Of a DNA stretch of 64,000 bases, positions 62,300 through 64,000 are shown in pieces. The notes under the pieces are model-generated. The model was not told where the DNA came from, made no database searches, and saw only the letters and a list, made by a program, of their open reading frames with translations. Location: assembly GCF_036321535.1 (NCBI RefSeq), contig NC_087437.1, forward strand, positions 113,958,001 through 114,022,000, written 5' to 3'. The position numbers and the translations under genes were made by a program. This stretch comes from Camelus dromedarius. Taxonomy: Eukaryota. Every line of letters starts with the position of its first letter. Position 1 is the stretch's first letter.

Positions 62300-62884
62300 T
62301 GCTTTTTAGATCCTCTCTTGGATTCCCTTCTGAATTGTCTCCCTGGCCAAGATGTGACCCCCAAGGGAGAAGGAAAAAGACCCCAGTTCTTGTCTTACCT
62401 GAAAGAGAAAATTCAGACAGAGATCAGAAGCTTTGTGTAGTAAAAGATTTAAAAGGACTTATTAGCAAAGAGAAAGTACATCTCCAAGAACGGGAGGCGG
62501 GCTGATCCAAGGGCGGGTAGCGATGGGTTTTTTGTCCCCTTCTCTTACACCCTCGCTTAGAGGTGGTCTCTTGATTGATTGACTGCTCTTAGTCATGCCT
62601 ATTCCCTTTTGCGCACGTCCTTACCCATGATGCACCCAGAAAAACCCACAGGGGTGGGGGTGGCAACTAATTATATTACAGTGAGCACTGGGTCATGGCC
62701 GGTTAGGTCCTAGTTGCTACCGCGCAGTTGCAGCTGTCAGGTTCTAACCGGTTGCTTGCTGGCGCTCATTTAAAGGAAGTAAAGACCCTTTATGCTAAAG
62801 GCGGAAATAACGCCACCTTCTGGACCATCCTCCCTCTCCTCCACCTTATCTGCCCAGTGTCCCCACTTATCTAACTACCCAACA
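62300..62884 (-). mobile_element. Well-preserved ERV1-type solo LTR (585 bp)
   Basis: Intact TG...CA termini; perfect 4-bp TSD AGTC at 62296-62299 and 62885-62888; CpGs retained; minus strand shows CAAT-like, TATA-like (TGTAAGA) and polyA-like (AATAAG) motifs in LTR order. Confidence 0.88.
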
Positions 62885-63817
62885 AGTCCATGTGGCTGGG
62901 GAGTGAGAAGAGCCTGCAGGTGGTTTCCATTGGGTAGGGGTTTCCAGAATGAAAAAGGGCCAAGTAGGAAGTGGGGCAGGACCCAGGTGAGAGGCCACCT
63001 AAAGGAGGTCATATGGCCAGCTTCTGTCCAGACAAGTTTTCCCGGGTCACCTCTAGTCCAGTTTAATTGACCAAGGATAGAACTTCCTTAGAGTGGTTTA
63101 GCCCCAAAGCCCTGAACAACACAGCCCGTGATGTTCGCTGAGCCTTTTCTCAGTGCCTCTCTGTCTGGGGGCCTCGCAGGTTGCAGAGAGGAGAGTCAGG
63201 GATTCTGTTCCTGGTCAGCCACAGCCATAGCTAACCTAGGTGGCCTTGCCTCTCCCACTAAAGCATAAACCACCAAAGGGCAGGAAATACGTCCTGGGCT
63301 TAAATACTAGTTGTTTAAATACTTGCTGAATAAAAGTGTGAAGACTTTACACCCTGAAAAATTCTCTTGGAGTCAATTTCCCTTTCTCACCTGCCAAGAA
63401 GACCCCCTCCCAGAGTTATGTACTTTAGAAACTAGGAAATTCGGTGCATTCCATCTTCACTCCATCCCACGGCCCGTAAGAACTATGCCACAAGATCTGT
63501 CACATCCAAAGTTTTTCACATGGCTTGTGGCATACATATGCGGAGATTCCAACATAAGAAGAAAAACCAACCCTGAGATTTTTTCCTAGTTATAAAAACA
63601 ATTATAAGAAATACCAACCATATATAAATAACTAATGGGAAAACAGCCTTTTTGAATGATCTGCATCAGAGCCAAACTAAAGTATTTGCATGAATCCAGT
63701 GTTATGTTACTATTTTTACTTAATCATGATTATTTAATTACTATGCATGCTATGAATGACCAGCATGTTATTTAATTACTATAAAGGAAAATATAATTGC
63801 AAGAAAAGCCCTTTTGT

Positions 63818-63950
63818 GAGGGGGAGGGTACAGCTCAGTGGTGGAGCACGTGCTTAGCATGCACAAGGTCCTGGGTTCAACCCCCAGTACCTCCATTAAA
63901 ATAAAAATACATGAATAAAACCTAATTACTTCCCCCTCAAATAGGGGGGG
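63818..63950 (+). mobile_element. Camelid tRNA-Ala-derived SINE (Vic-1 type)
   Basis: GGGGAGGGTACAGCTCAGTGGTGGAGCACGTGCTTAGCATGCACAAGGTCCTGGGTTCAACCCCCAGTACCTCCA...CCTAATTACTTCCCCC; approximate TSD AAAGCC(C)TTTT. Confidence 0.92.
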
Positions 63951-64000
63951 AAAGCCTTTTTTTGGTCATATTAGAACACTGACTGATAGCCTCCATTGAA

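Noticed and set aside
1..64000. CRISPR array, operon or other prokaryotic/viral system; internal retroviral gag-pol-env
   Set aside because: No regularly spaced repeat-spacer array and no gene-dense ORFs. All LTRs appear solo, with no paired LTRs or internal coding sequence seen.

Overview
Mammalian genomic DNA, most likely camelid (camel, alpaca or llama). Three copies of a tRNA-Ala-derived SINE with the camelid Vic-1-type tail ((AATAA)n-CCTAATTAC-CCCC) are present, along with cetartiodactyl-type L1 3' ends. I found no protein-coding exon, genuine RNA gene, CpG-island promoter or prokaryote-type system. The ORF track is explained by repeat-derived or chance frames. The window is a mosaic of interspersed repeats: about 14 solo LTRs (MLT1, MER21, LTR33, two ERV1-type), L1, L2 and CR1 fragments, MIRs, and hAT and Tigger non-autonomous DNA transposons. 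These are separated by repeat-poor unique stretches that may hold regulatory elements, and the window looks intergenic or deep-intronic. The most interesting structures visible in the sequence are a probable L1 3' transduction inside one TSD pair (43.7-44.7 kb), a TSD-less L1 fragment inside an MLT1C LTR, a SINE carrying an L1 tail inside its TSDs, and a well-preserved ERV1 solo LTR with GATA and CTCF-like motifs. Repeat family names come from remembered consensus sequences, not a database search. Boundaries without a stated TSD are approximate.
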